Part shown: positions 36,910-45,811 of the stretch, piece after piece
How the letters are laid out: every line of letters starts with the position of its first letter
Position numbering within the stretch: the first letter of the stretch is position 1
From: Actinomycetes bacterium
GTDB taxonomy: Bacteria > Auribacterota > JAJCYG01
Length of the DNA stretch: 64,000 nt
NCBI GenBank assembly: GCA_029263055.1
Contig: JAJCYG010000099.1
Location: 64,083-128,082, forward strand
Direction of reading: 5' to 3'
Notes under the pieces: model-generated
The model's input: only the letters and a program-made list of their open reading frames with translations
Database searches by the model: none
Told to the model about the DNA's origin: nothing
Position numbers and translations under genes: made by a program

Positions 36910-38568
36910 ATGAAACAAAACAGCTTTGTTTTTCTTCTTTTTATTTTGTTAACAGCCATCATGACTTTTCCTTTGGTCAAGACAATGTCTGTTTTTATGG
37001 ATACCACTGGAGATCCTTTTTTTAATGCATGGACCTTAGCTTGGACTCAGCATCAGCTCTTAACAGATCCGCTTCATTTGTTTGATGCTAATATTTTTTA
37101 TCCTTATAAATTGACTTTGGCTTTTTCAGAGCATCAAGTGGCTTCAGCTTTGTTGGCTCTGCCTGTTTATCTTTTAGGAGGAAGTCCTATCCTCGTTCAC
37201 AATGTGGTTTTTTTCTTAACATTTGTTCTTTCTGGTTTTGGACTTTATCTTTTAGTTAAAGATCTAACAGGAAATTCTCTTGCTGCAATTTTAGCTGGAA
37301 TGGCGTTTGCGTTTAGTTCTTACCGTTTTTCTCAATTAGCACACCTCCAGATTTTAGCATTTCAATGGATGCCATTTGCTTTAGTCTATTTGCATCGAGC
37401 ACTCAACCAACCTCAGTGGAAAAACTTTTTGCTTATGGGGCTGTTTGTTTTTCTTGTTTTAATGTCTTCTAATTACTTAGGTCTTATTTTTCTTATTTTT
37501 ATCAGCTTTTTTCTTCTTATTGTGGTTCCAAAAAAATGGTTTGAAGAAAAGGGGAGAGGGTTGAGACGTTGTTTTTTTACGTTGCTTGCTGTTGGAATTT
37601 TATTTCTTCCTTTTGCTTTGCCATATGTGAAAGTGAAAGAGGAATATGGTTTTTCTCGAGAATTAATTGATATGAAGCAGTACAGTGCTCGGGCTGAAAA
37701 CTATTTAGGTGTGAGCACTAATCACAAGTTCTATCCTAATAAATTAAAGAAAATGGGCAAGCCTGAAAGCAGACTCTTTTTTGGTTTTCTTGTGATGGGG
37801 ATGGCGTTTTTAGGTTTGTTGTTAGCTAAGAACATTTCTTTACGTATTCGTTTAGGCTATGGTGTTGTTTTATTGCTCTCATTTTTACTCTCAATGGGAG
37901 GAGGGGCAAAACTTTTTGGAATCAACTTAAATGGTTGGCCATACCAATTCTTTTATTCCTATGTGCCTGGCTTTGATGGAATGCGTGTGCCAGCCCGATT
38001 TGCGATTAATGTCGGTCTTTGCTTGGCTGTGCTAGCTGGATTTGGATTTGCTCTTGTGTTTCAAAAAATAAAGGGAAAACTTCTTTCTTGTTGTTTGGTC
38101 TTTCTTTTAAGCGCCGGGATTTTAGCTGAAGCATGGGCTGCTCCTTTAAGATATATTCACTTTGCTTTCAAAGCGCCTCCTGTTCACCCTTGGTTGGGGC
38201 ATCAAGATGATGTTGATGGGGTTGTTTTTTTACCTGCTTATATTAATAACTCAGTCCATTTAGAGATGAATTATATTTTTTGGTCTAATCTTCATTGGAA
38301 AAAAATAATGAATGGCTATAGTGGGTTTTTTCCTGCTGAGTGGAATGAATTTAAGTTAAAGCTTCGAGAATTTCCAACTAAAGAAACGGTTGATCATCTG
38401 CGTCGAGTAGGGGTAAACTATGTGGTGATTAACAAACACAAATATCCGCAAGATATGCTGAATAGAATGGAAAAGCGGATCAAGCGTTTTTCAAACGAAT
38501 TAGAACAGATTAAGAATTGGGGCGGTCAAACGGTTTATCGCCTTAAAATGAAAGGGATTGAAAATTGA
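36910..38568 (+). CDS. Polytopic membrane protein, putative GT-C-fold glycosyltransferase-like protein
   Basis: 552 aa, more than 10 predicted TM helices; N-terminal region with conserved acidic residues (DTTGDPFFNAW...) as in lipid-linked glycosyl/aminoarabinose transferases; overlaps the start of the downstream epimerase gene (TTGA). Confidence 0.55.
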   Translation: MKQNSFVFLLFILLTAIMTFPLVKTMSVFMDTTGDPFFNAWTLAWTQHQLLTDPLHLFDANIFYPYKLTLAFSEHQVASALLALPVYLLGGSPILVHNVVFFLTFVLSGFGLYLLVKDLTGNSLAAILAGMAFAFSSYRFSQLAHLQILAFQWMPFALVYLHRALNQPQWKNFLLMGLFVFLVLMSSNYLGLIFLIFISFFLLIVVPKKWFEEKGRGLRRCFFTLLAVGILFLPFALPYVKVKEEYGFSRELIDMKQYSARAENYLGVSTNHKFYPNKLKKMGKPESRLFFGFLVMGMAFLGLLLAKNISLRIRLGYGVVLLLSFLLSMGGGAKLFGINLNGWPYQFFYSYVPGFDGMRVPARFAINVGLCLAVLAGFGFALVFQKIKGKLLSCCLVFLLSAGILAEAWAAPLRYIHFAFKAPPVHPWLGHQDDVDGVVFLPAYINNSVHLEMNYIFWSNLHWKKIMNGYSGFFPAEWNEFKLKLREFPTKETVDHLRRVGVNYVVINKHKYPQDMLNRMEKRIKRFSNELEQIKNWGGQTVYRLKMKGIEN

Positions 38569-39440
38569 AATCAGTATTAGTAACTGGAGCTGATGGGATT
38601 GTTGGAAAACGTTTGATTGAGAAACTTGTTAAAGAAGGGATTGTGCCTGAAGTTTTTGTTCGAACAGACCGAGAAAAAGCATTTTTTGATTCTCATAAAG
38701 TTGAAATGATTGTTGGCTCGGCAAAAGATTCTTCTTTATTAGAGAGCCTTGTTAAAGGGAAAGAAGCTGTGATTCATTTGATTGGTTCGTTTGCTCCTGA
38801 AAATGGAGATTCCCTTGACGATGTGAACAACATGATTAGTTATAACCTGCTTAATGCAGCCCAAGATAATGGCGTGCAAAAATTTATTTATCTTTCTGCT
38901 TATGGTGCTTCTGTTGCTGTTCGCAATCCTTTCTTGGTGAGTAAAGGAAATGCAGAAGTTGATATTATGCAGGGAGAAGTTCCTTATTTTATTTTAAAAG
39001 CAGCGCCGATTTATTCTAAAGAGACCTGTTTGGGCGAGTTGCTTCAAGAGTTTGTTCAAACTAAAAAAGCGCAGTTAATTGGAACTGGAAAACAACAGAT
39101 TCAACCGATCTTCTTAGACGATGTGATTGAATATTTGTACCAAGCTTTAGTCGACCCTAATGCGCGTCAACAAGTGTTAGAAATTGGGGGTCCTGACAAA
39201 GTGAGCTACGAAGAATTAGTTCAGCTTGCTTCAGAAGTTTCAGGCCAAGCTATTCAAATTAAAAAAGTCCCTTCTTTTTTAAAATCTCTTTTAGCTCCAG
39301 TAAAATTAAAAGGGAAATTACTTCCAGAAGATGTGGTTGACTTTTATAGCCGTGATACATTCATCTCAAAAGAACGTGCAGACAAAGTTATTCCTCTCAC
39401 ATTAGTTTCATTACGCGATGGTCTGAAAAAAATTCTGTAA
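38565..39440 (+). CDS. NAD(P)-dependent epimerase/dehydratase (NmrA/SDR-like)
   Basis: 291 aa; N-terminal GxxGxxG Rossmann VLVTGADGIVGKRLIEKL; TTG start translationally coupled to the upstream gene. Confidence 0.7.
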   Translation: MKSVLVTGADGIVGKRLIEKLVKEGIVPEVFVRTDREKAFFDSHKVEMIVGSAKDSSLLESLVKGKEAVIHLIGSFAPENGDSLDDVNNMISYNLLNAAQDNGVQKFIYLSAYGASVAVRNPFLVSKGNAEVDIMQGEVPYFILKAAPIYSKETCLGELLQEFVQTKKAQLIGTGKQQIQPIFLDDVIEYLYQALVDPNARQQVLEIGGPDKVSYEELVQLASEVSGQAIQIKKVPSFLKSLLAPVKLKGKLLPEDVVDFYSRDTFISKERADKVIPLTLVSLRDGLKKIL

Positions 39441-39536
39441 ATTTGTTTGACATTATGTCCGACTCAAATTAACTTAATGACTGAAAAAATTTTATGATTC
39501 CGATCTAATGGGTTGTTAAAAAAGGAGGATCACACA

Positions 39537-39794
39537 GTGGCAACGGGTACTGTAAAATGGTTTAGTGATAAAAAAGGTTTTGGTTTTATTGTCGATGAGC
39601 AAGGACGCGATGTTTTTGTGCACTACACTGAAATTAAAGAAGATGGTTTTCGTTCTTTAAAAGAAGGCGAAAAAGTAGACTATGAATTGATTGAAGATGT
39701 CAAAGGATTGAAAGCCAAGCAAGTTCAAAAAGCAGCTGGTTCTTCCGATGGCACATCTCAAGAAGAGTCTCAACCAGAAGAAGTAACGATCTAA
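39537..39794 (+). CDS. cspA: Cold-shock protein (CspA family) with short acidic C-terminal tail
   Basis: GTG start 7 nt after AAAGGAGG gives MATGTVKWFSDKKGFGFI...RDVFVHYTEI (RNP1/RNP2 motifs); the track ORF begins at an upstream TTG (39513) that overlaps the RBS. Confidence 0.8.
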   Translation: MATGTVKWFSDKKGFGFIVDEQGRDVFVHYTEIKEDGFRSLKEGEKVDYELIEDVKGLKAKQVQKAAGSSDGTSQEESQPEEVTI

Positions 39795-39824
39795 GGATCT
39801 TTTAAGATTCCATTGATTTAGAGC

Positions 39825-39864
39825 AGCCCCTCTTTCATCGAAAGATTGAAGAGGGGCTTTTTTA
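39825..39864 (+). terminator. Rho-independent terminator after cspA
   Basis: GCCCCTCTTTC...GAAAGATTGAAGAGGGGC hairpin followed by CTTTTTTATT. Confidence 0.65.
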
Positions 39865-39891
39865 TTGAAAAAAGCCGGTATTTTTATATAA
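39864..39891 (+). promoter_or_regulatory. Sigma70-like promoter for the FmdB-family gene (TTGAAA-N16-TATAAT)
   Basis: TTGAAA at 39864-39869, TATAAT at 39886-39891, about 55 nt upstream of the ATG at 39948. Confidence 0.4.
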
Positions 39892-39947
39892 TACTCGCCC
39901 AGCTCCAAGGAGTTGCAGAAATTAGTATATAGTGGAGAACGGTTTCA

Positions 39948-40226
39948 ATGCCAACATATGATTATGCATGCAAAAAATGCGAAGAAGTTTTTGAAGTTTT
40001 TCACAACATGACAGCCACTCCAGAAGTGACCTGTGAAAAGTGTGGTAGTACAGATGTGGAAAAACAAATTGGAGCAGGGGCAGGGCTTGTTTTTAAAGGA
40101 AGCGGTTTTTATGAAACTGATTATAAAAAGAAGCCAAGTCCAAAAGAGTCTAAAAAATCAACTCCAAAGAAAAAAGAAGACTCTTCTCCAAAAAAGAGCC
40201 CTGATACAGGGACTAAATCTAATTAA
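39948..40226 (+). CDS. FmdB-family zinc-ribbon protein
   Basis: MPTYDYACKKCEEVFEV...CEKCGSTDVEKQIGAGAGLVFKGSGFY: the canonical FmdB (TIGR02605-like) two-CxxC ribbon; Lys/Ser-rich tail. Confidence 0.7.
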   Translation: MPTYDYACKKCEEVFEVFHNMTATPEVTCEKCGSTDVEKQIGAGAGLVFKGSGFYETDYKKKPSPKESKKSTPKKKEDSSPKKSPDTGTKSN

Positions 40227-40232
40227 GCAAGT

Positions 40233-41054
40233 TTGAGGCCTCTTATGTTAAAACGACATGTTGTTCTTTTTAGCTTGATCGTTTTTTCTTTTGCTTCTTC
40301 TTCCTTAGCAGAAACCAATCTCTATCAAGTTTTCTCTCTTGATGATCAATTTGTAGTCTATTCAGAAGATCCAAAACTGGCCCAAGAAGGGGCTGCCATT
40401 GCTGAAGAGACCCGTAACCTTTTGTTTAAAGAACTTGGCTGGATGAACTACAGCCAGTATCCGACTCAAGTCTGGTTTGAAAAGGGGAGAGCAGACATTG
40501 AATTTGCAGTCCAACGACGTCAAGCAAGCTGGCTCAAAAAAGTAACCCTTCCTGTTGAAGAAAATTTGAATCAAGTGGGTTTGCCTCGTGAAGTGATTCG
40601 TTTGGCTCTTTTTGAATTTGCTCTTAGTGGCGAGTCTCAAGTCAAAATAAAGCCTCAAGAATTTCCTTTATGGCTTGTAGAGGGGTTGAGACTAAAAATA
40701 AGCCGAACTTTGAATAAGGGGAAGGCAACCACTCTATTTATGAATGTTGAAGAACTTTTCTCGCAAGAAGAGCAGTTTTCTAACTCTGTGGAACAAGAGC
40801 AATTCGCACGCCTCTCTAAAGAGTTTCTTACCTTTCTTCAGAACTTGCCAAATGGCCAAAAGAAGCTAAAAGAATATCTTCAAGCAATGAATTCTGCTCA
40901 AAGTCGTTCAGAAACTTTTTTCAAAGTCTATTCAGAAACTTTTCCAGACTTTCAACAATTACAATTTGCCTGGAATATTTCCTCACCTGACGAACCTAAA
41001 CAAGAGCGCCAAGAAGTGATTTTAAAGTATCTTGATGCCTTAGATGTGGAGTAA
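40233..41054 (+). CDS. Secreted hypothetical protein (273 aa)
   Basis: Signal peptide VVLFSLIVFSFASSSLA; no recognisable domain. Confidence 0.55.
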   Translation: MRPLMLKRHVVLFSLIVFSFASSSLAETNLYQVFSLDDQFVVYSEDPKLAQEGAAIAEETRNLLFKELGWMNYSQYPTQVWFEKGRADIEFAVQRRQASWLKKVTLPVEENLNQVGLPREVIRLALFEFALSGESQVKIKPQEFPLWLVEGLRLKISRTLNKGKATTLFMNVEELFSQEEQFSNSVEQEQFARLSKEFLTFLQNLPNGQKKLKEYLQAMNSAQSRSETFFKVYSETFPDFQQLQFAWNISSPDEPKQERQEVILKYLDALDVE

Positions 41055-41057
41055 GTC

Positions 41058-41909
41058 TTATTTTCCCCAATCGCGGGCGTAGCGAAAGTCTCGGCCGATT
41101 GTTCGCAAGGAGAGTTTGGCGATGAGTGGGAGGCGGCGTTTGTATTGGGAGAGTTGGACTTTTCGTTGGATTTGGTCAATCCGTTCTGCTTCAAAGCCTA
41201 GTTCAATCAGTTCTTCCCGTGTTTGGCGTTCATCAACCAAATGGTAGAGAATCAAATCAGCTTCATCATAGGTAAAGCCTAATTCTTGTTCATCGCTTTG
41301 GCCTAACCATAAGTCGGCTGAAGGGGGTTTGTCTAAAATCGATGCAGGCACTTTTAAATGCTGAGAGAGTTGGCGTACTTGTCCTTTGTACAAATCTCCA
41401 ATAGGATTAATGGCTGAAGCCATATCACCGAATTGAGTTCCATATCCCAGTAAGAGTTCGGTTTTGTTGCTTGTGCCTAATACGAGTGCATTTTCTTTGG
41501 CTGAATAGTCATAGAGAATGGTCATTCGTTCTCGAGCCATTTTGTTTCCACGGCGTAGGGATGAGGCACGAGGAAAATGTTTGAAGTAAGCATTGATCAT
41601 GGGTGTGATCTCAAGGACAAAAGATTGCATTCCTGTTTTGTCTATGACTTGTTTGGCATCTGAAATAGATTCTTTGCTGCTTGTGGCATAAGGCATCAGA
41701 ATGCCTGTCACATTTTTAGGGCCTAAAGCTTTTGCGGCTAAAACAGCCACAAGCGCAGAGTCAATTCCGCCAGAGAGACCCAGAACCACTTTTGAAAAAC
41801 CAACTTTAGTCACTTCTTCACGGATGAAGTCGACTAAAATCTGTTCGACATATTTGGCATCAATAGTCAGCAGGTCAGAAAGGTTTTTTAAATTGTTCGT
41901 TTTGGACAC
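41058..41909 (-). CDS. nadE: NAD+ synthetase, synthetase (PP-loop ATPase) domain; probably the C-terminal half of a frameshifted glutamine-dependent NadE
   Basis: 283 aa; PP-loop [17 protein letters not shown]; GTG-started ORF overlaps the upstream C-N hydrolase ORF by 35 nt in the +1 frame; the overlap contains an A6 run. Confidence 0.75.
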   Translation of the reverse strand: MSKTNNLKNLSDLLTIDAKYVEQILVDFIREEVTKVGFSKVVLGLSGGIDSALVAVLAAKALGPKNVTGILMPYATSSKESISDAKQVIDKTGMQSFVLEITPMINAYFKHFPRASSLRRGNKMARERMTILYDYSAKENALVLGTSNKTELLLGYGTQFGDMASAINPIGDLYKGQVRQLSQHLKVPASILDKPPSADLWLGQSDEQELGFTYDEADLILYHLVDERQTREELIELGFEAERIDQIQRKVQLSQYKRRLPLIAKLSLRTIGRDFRYARDWGK

Positions 41910-42735
41910 GTTGAAGTTCTCTTAATGTGAGTTCAAATTTTTCATCTCGGAGCAATGGGTTTTGCGTGCGTATTCGAGTTAAGCTGTTGAGCGAAAGTGT
42001 GGCTGTGATCAAGTCTGTTTTATTTTCTTTGGCTTTAGCTAAAACTTTGCCTGTAGGATCTATAATTTCTGAACCACCCCAAAAGTGAACCCCATCTTCA
42101 AATCCAACCCGATTCACATAAAGTACAAACACGGTATAAAATTGAGCATAGAAACGGTTGAGTTGTTCCCATGTTTGGCTTGATTGGAGTTTGCCCTCTT
42201 TGCTAAGGCCTCGGCCAGGACTGCTCGAAGGAACAATTAAAAAGCTCGCTTTATCTAGAACAGCCGTATAAGGAAGCATAGGGTGCCACATATCTTCGCA
42301 AATTAAGACTGAAGAGCGGCCAAACTGAGTGTCAAAGGCGCGCATTCGGTCGCCTTGAGCCAAGTAACGTTGTTCGTCAAACAAACCGTAAGTTGGAAGG
42401 TATATTTTTCTGTGGATGTGCTTGAGTTTGCCTTTTTCAAAATAAGCTGTTGAGTTATAGAGGTGGGCATCATTACCTTGTTCGACAAAGCCAAATGCAA
42501 TTGAAATCTTTTTACTTTCACGTGCTAAGCGCTGGATTATTTTATCTTTTAAGGTAAGCGCCACATCTGTGACTTGATCTCTTAAAAAATAACCGGTTAA
42601 ACTTAATTCAGGAAAAAGAATTAACTGGGCTTTCTTTTTTTGTGCCGCAGCGATTTGTTCTAAGTGAATATCTAAGTTTTTATTTAGATTGCCTAGAGTT
42701 GGCTTGATTTGAGCGAGAGCTACATTTAACTTCAT
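41875..42735 (-). CDS. Carbon-nitrogen hydrolase (nitrilase superfamily) domain; glutaminase half of glutamine-dependent NAD+ synthetase
   Basis: 286 aa; C-N hydrolase catalytic triad context ([26 protein letters not shown]); directly followed by the synthetase domain ORF. Confidence 0.75.
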   Translation of the reverse strand: MKLNVALAQIKPTLGNLNKNLDIHLEQIAAAQKKKAQLILFPELSLTGYFLRDQVTDVALTLKDKIIQRLARESKKISIAFGFVEQGNDAHLYNSTAYFEKGKLKHIHRKIYLPTYGLFDEQRYLAQGDRMRAFDTQFGRSSVLICEDMWHPMLPYTAVLDKASFLIVPSSSPGRGLSKEGKLQSSQTWEQLNRFYAQFYTVFVLYVNRVGFEDGVHFWGGSEIIDPTGKVLAKAKENKTDLITATLSLNSLTRIRTQNPLLRDEKFELTLRELQRVQNEQFKKPF

Positions 42736-43352
42736 TAGTTTTTTCCTAGCTGTTTTAAATATTCAGTCGCTTCTTTATTCCACTTAGTGGAGTCTTTTGT
42801 TTTGCGATATTGCTCAAAATATTTTTTAGCTTTCTTTTTTTGACCTAGTTCAAAGTGAACTTTGCCTAATTGGTACATGGCATCCCAATCGTCTTTATCT
42901 GATTTCAGCGCTTTTTCAAAATCAACCCGTGCAGACTTTAGTTCGCCATTTAAAAAGAAGATTCGCCCTGAAGCATAAAAGTCTTCAGCTTCTTCCTCTT
43001 CTTCGATTGTCTCAAAGGCTTTAGTTTCTTCTTCAATATCTTTTTTAGCTGTAATTTCTGTTTTCTTTTTCTTTTTTTCTTTAACCGGTTCTTCCTCAAC
43101 TTAAGGCAGGGGTTGATTTGAGGCCAAGTCCATATAATCTAAATAGTTGTAGACCCAAATCAATCCAGCTAAGACTTCGCACAAAACCCCAATAGGGAGG
43201 CCGAGCGGATGATCGAGTAAAAAGAAGAGCCCCCCCACCAACATACAGTCCCAAAACGCAAGCGTGAGGGTCCAGCCACGCACCTTCTTGTCATAAAGAA
43301 GCTGCCCATACCCAGGAAACAAAGCCGGATGTTTTCTCAGAAATGCTTTCAT
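42735..43352 (-). pseudogene. Membrane-anchored TPR-repeat protein interrupted by an in-frame TAA (43101-43103); could be a pseudogene, programmed readthrough or a sequencing error
   Basis: ORF 43101..43352 (83 aa, two TM helices) continues in the same frame after the TAA: VEEEPVKEKKKK...AEDFYASGRIFFLNGELKSARVDFEKALKSDKDDWDAMYQLGKVHFELGQKKKAKKYFEQY... (two TPR motifs) ending at TAA 42735-42737, which overlaps the ATG of the C-N hydrolase gene (TAATG); the downstream part has no in-frame start codon until 47 aa from its end. Confidence 0.5.
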
Positions 43353-43402
43353 AAGGGGACCATTTTACCCCTTTTAATGACCTGACTCAATGGGAACTTT
43401 AA

Positions 43403-44146
43403 CTAGAGGTTTTCAAGATTTTCGATGGGGATGGCGTAGCTGATGCCAGTGGGCATTTTGAATTTTGTTTTGGATTGTGTCTCTTTAAAGTGCCCGCTAC
43501 TCATGATGCCTAAGAGCTTGCCGGTATTGGGGTCAAATACTGGACCGCCACTGTGGCCTTGATAGACCACGGCATCTAAATGAAAAATATTAAATTTTGA
43601 GATGAGGGCTTTTCTGATTTCAGGGCTCAGACCTTTTGTGGAGACAATAGGAATAATATTGGGGCTGATCGAGCTGATAATACCTGTGTGAGTGGTGGGG
43701 TGAAGTCCTAGTTGAATGCCGTAGGGATAACCTGTAAAGGCAATGCTATCTCCTTCACGTAGTTTTGTGGAGTCTCCTTTTTTAAGATAAGGAAAATCAG
43801 TTCCTTCAATCTTTATAATGGCTAAATCGTTTCGGCTGTTTTGTGAAACAACTTTAGCTGCGTAGCCTCGTTTTGTGGAATCTTTGTAAAGATAAACACG
43901 TAAGTAATCGAGTTGATTCTCTTGAGCAATCGCATCAATCACATGATTGGCTGTGACAATAAGTCCGTCCGATGAAATGAGAGCGCCTGTTCCATTAAAA
44001 AGAGAGCGAGGCTTACGTTTGATATGGAATGTGCCAACCGCAACCACAGAGGTCTTAATTTGTTCAATCACATCGGGAAGAGGTTCGGTTTCAGCTCGTG
44101 GTGTCCAGAAAGTAAGAATAAGTAAAGCGCTTAAAAGTTTTTTCAT
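43403..44146 (-). CDS. Trypsin-like serine protease (S1 family), secreted
   Basis: Catalytic His region LIVTANHVIDA, Ser region GHSGGPVFD; signal peptide MKKLLSALLILTFWTPRA suggests start at 44146 rather than track start 44266. Confidence 0.7.
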   Translation of the reverse strand: MKKLLSALLILTFWTPRAETEPLPDVIEQIKTSVVAVGTFHIKRKPRSLFNGTGALISSDGLIVTANHVIDAIAQENQLDYLRVYLYKDSTKRGYAAKVVSQNSRNDLAIIKIEGTDFPYLKKGDSTKLREGDSIAFTGYPYGIQLGLHPTTHTGIISSISPNIIPIVSTKGLSPEIRKALISKFNIFHLDAVVYQGHSGGPVFDPNTGKLLGIMSSGHFKETQSKTKFKMPTGISYAIPIENLENL

Positions 44147-44419
44147 TGGGTTGACTCTATCAACTCTTTTCACGTGTGTCAAAAACCCAAATGGAGCCGA
44201 TACGTTTACCTCAGGAACTGTGACGCCCCCTTTAATCAAAAGTGGAAGGGCCATCATATATTTCATTAAAGGTGGGAGTTTCTACTTTAGCGGCGTAGAG
44301 ATTTATAATAATGAAGAGAAGGGCTGAGGTTAAGGTAACCCAAAGCCAAAAACCTTTTTCTGGATGTGTGAACTTTGTAGAAAGAATTCAGTCCCTTTTT
44401 TGTTACAATACCGCAACTT

Positions 44420-45811
44420 ATGAAAGAATTAAAGGCAAAACAACGCAATTTATTACGGGAATTAATCCAAAAGCACAAAGAGGCGTGTGATTATTTGGAG
44501 ATTCGTTTGGAGCAGTCTGCAGAAAGCGGGCTTGTGTTTAGTGGAAAAGAATTGGAATCACTCACCCAAAAGCAAGAACAAGGGGGTTATGTTCGAGCTT
44601 TGATTAAAGGGGGATGGGGAGAAGCGAGTTTTAACGACCTCTCACAAATTGAAAGCTATGTGCAGCAAGCGATTCAATCAGCTAAACGAATTGGCAAAGG
44701 AACTTCTCAGCTCGCTTCTGTGAATGGAGTTGAAGATGATGTTGCTTTAGACCTTAAAGAAGATCCTCGCACTCTTGCATTAGAAGAAAAGGTCAAACTC
44801 TTTTCAAATTATAACCAACAAATATTAAAAGCAGATCCATTGATTACAAGTAGTCGTGTCGGTTATTTTGATCAACATAAAATTTTGTGGATTGCCAATA
44901 GTTTTGGCACTAACATTGTGCAGGAAAAACTCGACTTGGCGGGTCGCATGACTGCGATTGCCACAAATGGAAAAAATAGCCAAGCTTATGGTACGACGTT
45001 TGGAAGTAGTAATAATTTTGGTGTGACCCGTAACTTAGAAAAGCAAGTTACCAAGGCTTGTGCAGATGCGGTTGAACTTGTTAAAGCCCCGAAAGTTAAA
45101 GGGGGTTCTTACCCGGTTGTGATTGATCCTATTCTGACAGGTGTGTTTGCGCATGAAGCATTTGGCCATTTGAGTGAAGGGGATAATGTGTATGAAAGCG
45201 AACAAATGAAACAAGTGATGAAACTTGGAACAGAATTTGGTCGTCCTATTTTAAATATTTTTGACACCGGTTTAACGACTGGATCGCGTGCTTATATGAA
45301 GTATGACGACGAGGGAGTGCCTACAGAAGAGACGCCACTAATTAAAGAAGGAAAATTAGTTGGGCGATTGCATTCGCTTGAAACCGCTGGAAAGATGAAA
45401 GAAAAACCAACCGGAAGTGCGCGCGCCATGTCATATAAGTTTCCGCCGATTTGTCGGATGCGTAATACCTGTATTGGACCTGGAACCAGTTCGTTTGAAG
45501 AGATGATCAAAGATATTGAGTTAGGCGTCTACGCAGTTGAAACCAATGGCGGACAAACCAATGGGGAAATTTTTGCATTTGTTGCTTCTAAAGGTTACAT
45601 GATTCGAAACGGTCAAATTGCAGAAATGGTTCGAGATGTTTCCTTATCAGGAAATGTGTTTGAGACGTTGAAAAAAATTGATGCCATTGGTAGTGATTAC
45701 ACGGTCCGTGATGCAGCAGGGGGATGTGGTAAAGGGGGGCAGTGGCCTTTACCCACAGCAGAATCAGGTCCTCATATTCGTATTGAATCGGCTGTGGTAG
45801 GTGGCGTATGA
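44420..45811 (+). CDS. tldD: Metalloprotease TldD
   Basis: 463 aa; TldD zinc motif GVFAHEAFGHLSEGD; PmbA/TldD family fold; followed by paralogous pmbA. Confidence 0.85.
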   Translation: MKELKAKQRNLLRELIQKHKEACDYLEIRLEQSAESGLVFSGKELESLTQKQEQGGYVRALIKGGWGEASFNDLSQIESYVQQAIQSAKRIGKGTSQLASVNGVEDDVALDLKEDPRTLALEEKVKLFSNYNQQILKADPLITSSRVGYFDQHKILWIANSFGTNIVQEKLDLAGRMTAIATNGKNSQAYGTTFGSSNNFGVTRNLEKQVTKACADAVELVKAPKVKGGSYPVVIDPILTGVFAHEAFGHLSEGDNVYESEQMKQVMKLGTEFGRPILNIFDTGLTTGSRAYMKYDDEGVPTEETPLIKEGKLVGRLHSLETAGKMKEKPTGSARAMSYKFPPICRMRNTCIGPGTSSFEEMIKDIELGVYAVETNGGQTNGEIFAFVASKGYMIRNGQIAEMVRDVSLSGNVFETLKKIDAIGSDYTVRDAAGGCGKGGQWPLPTAESGPHIRIESAVVGGV

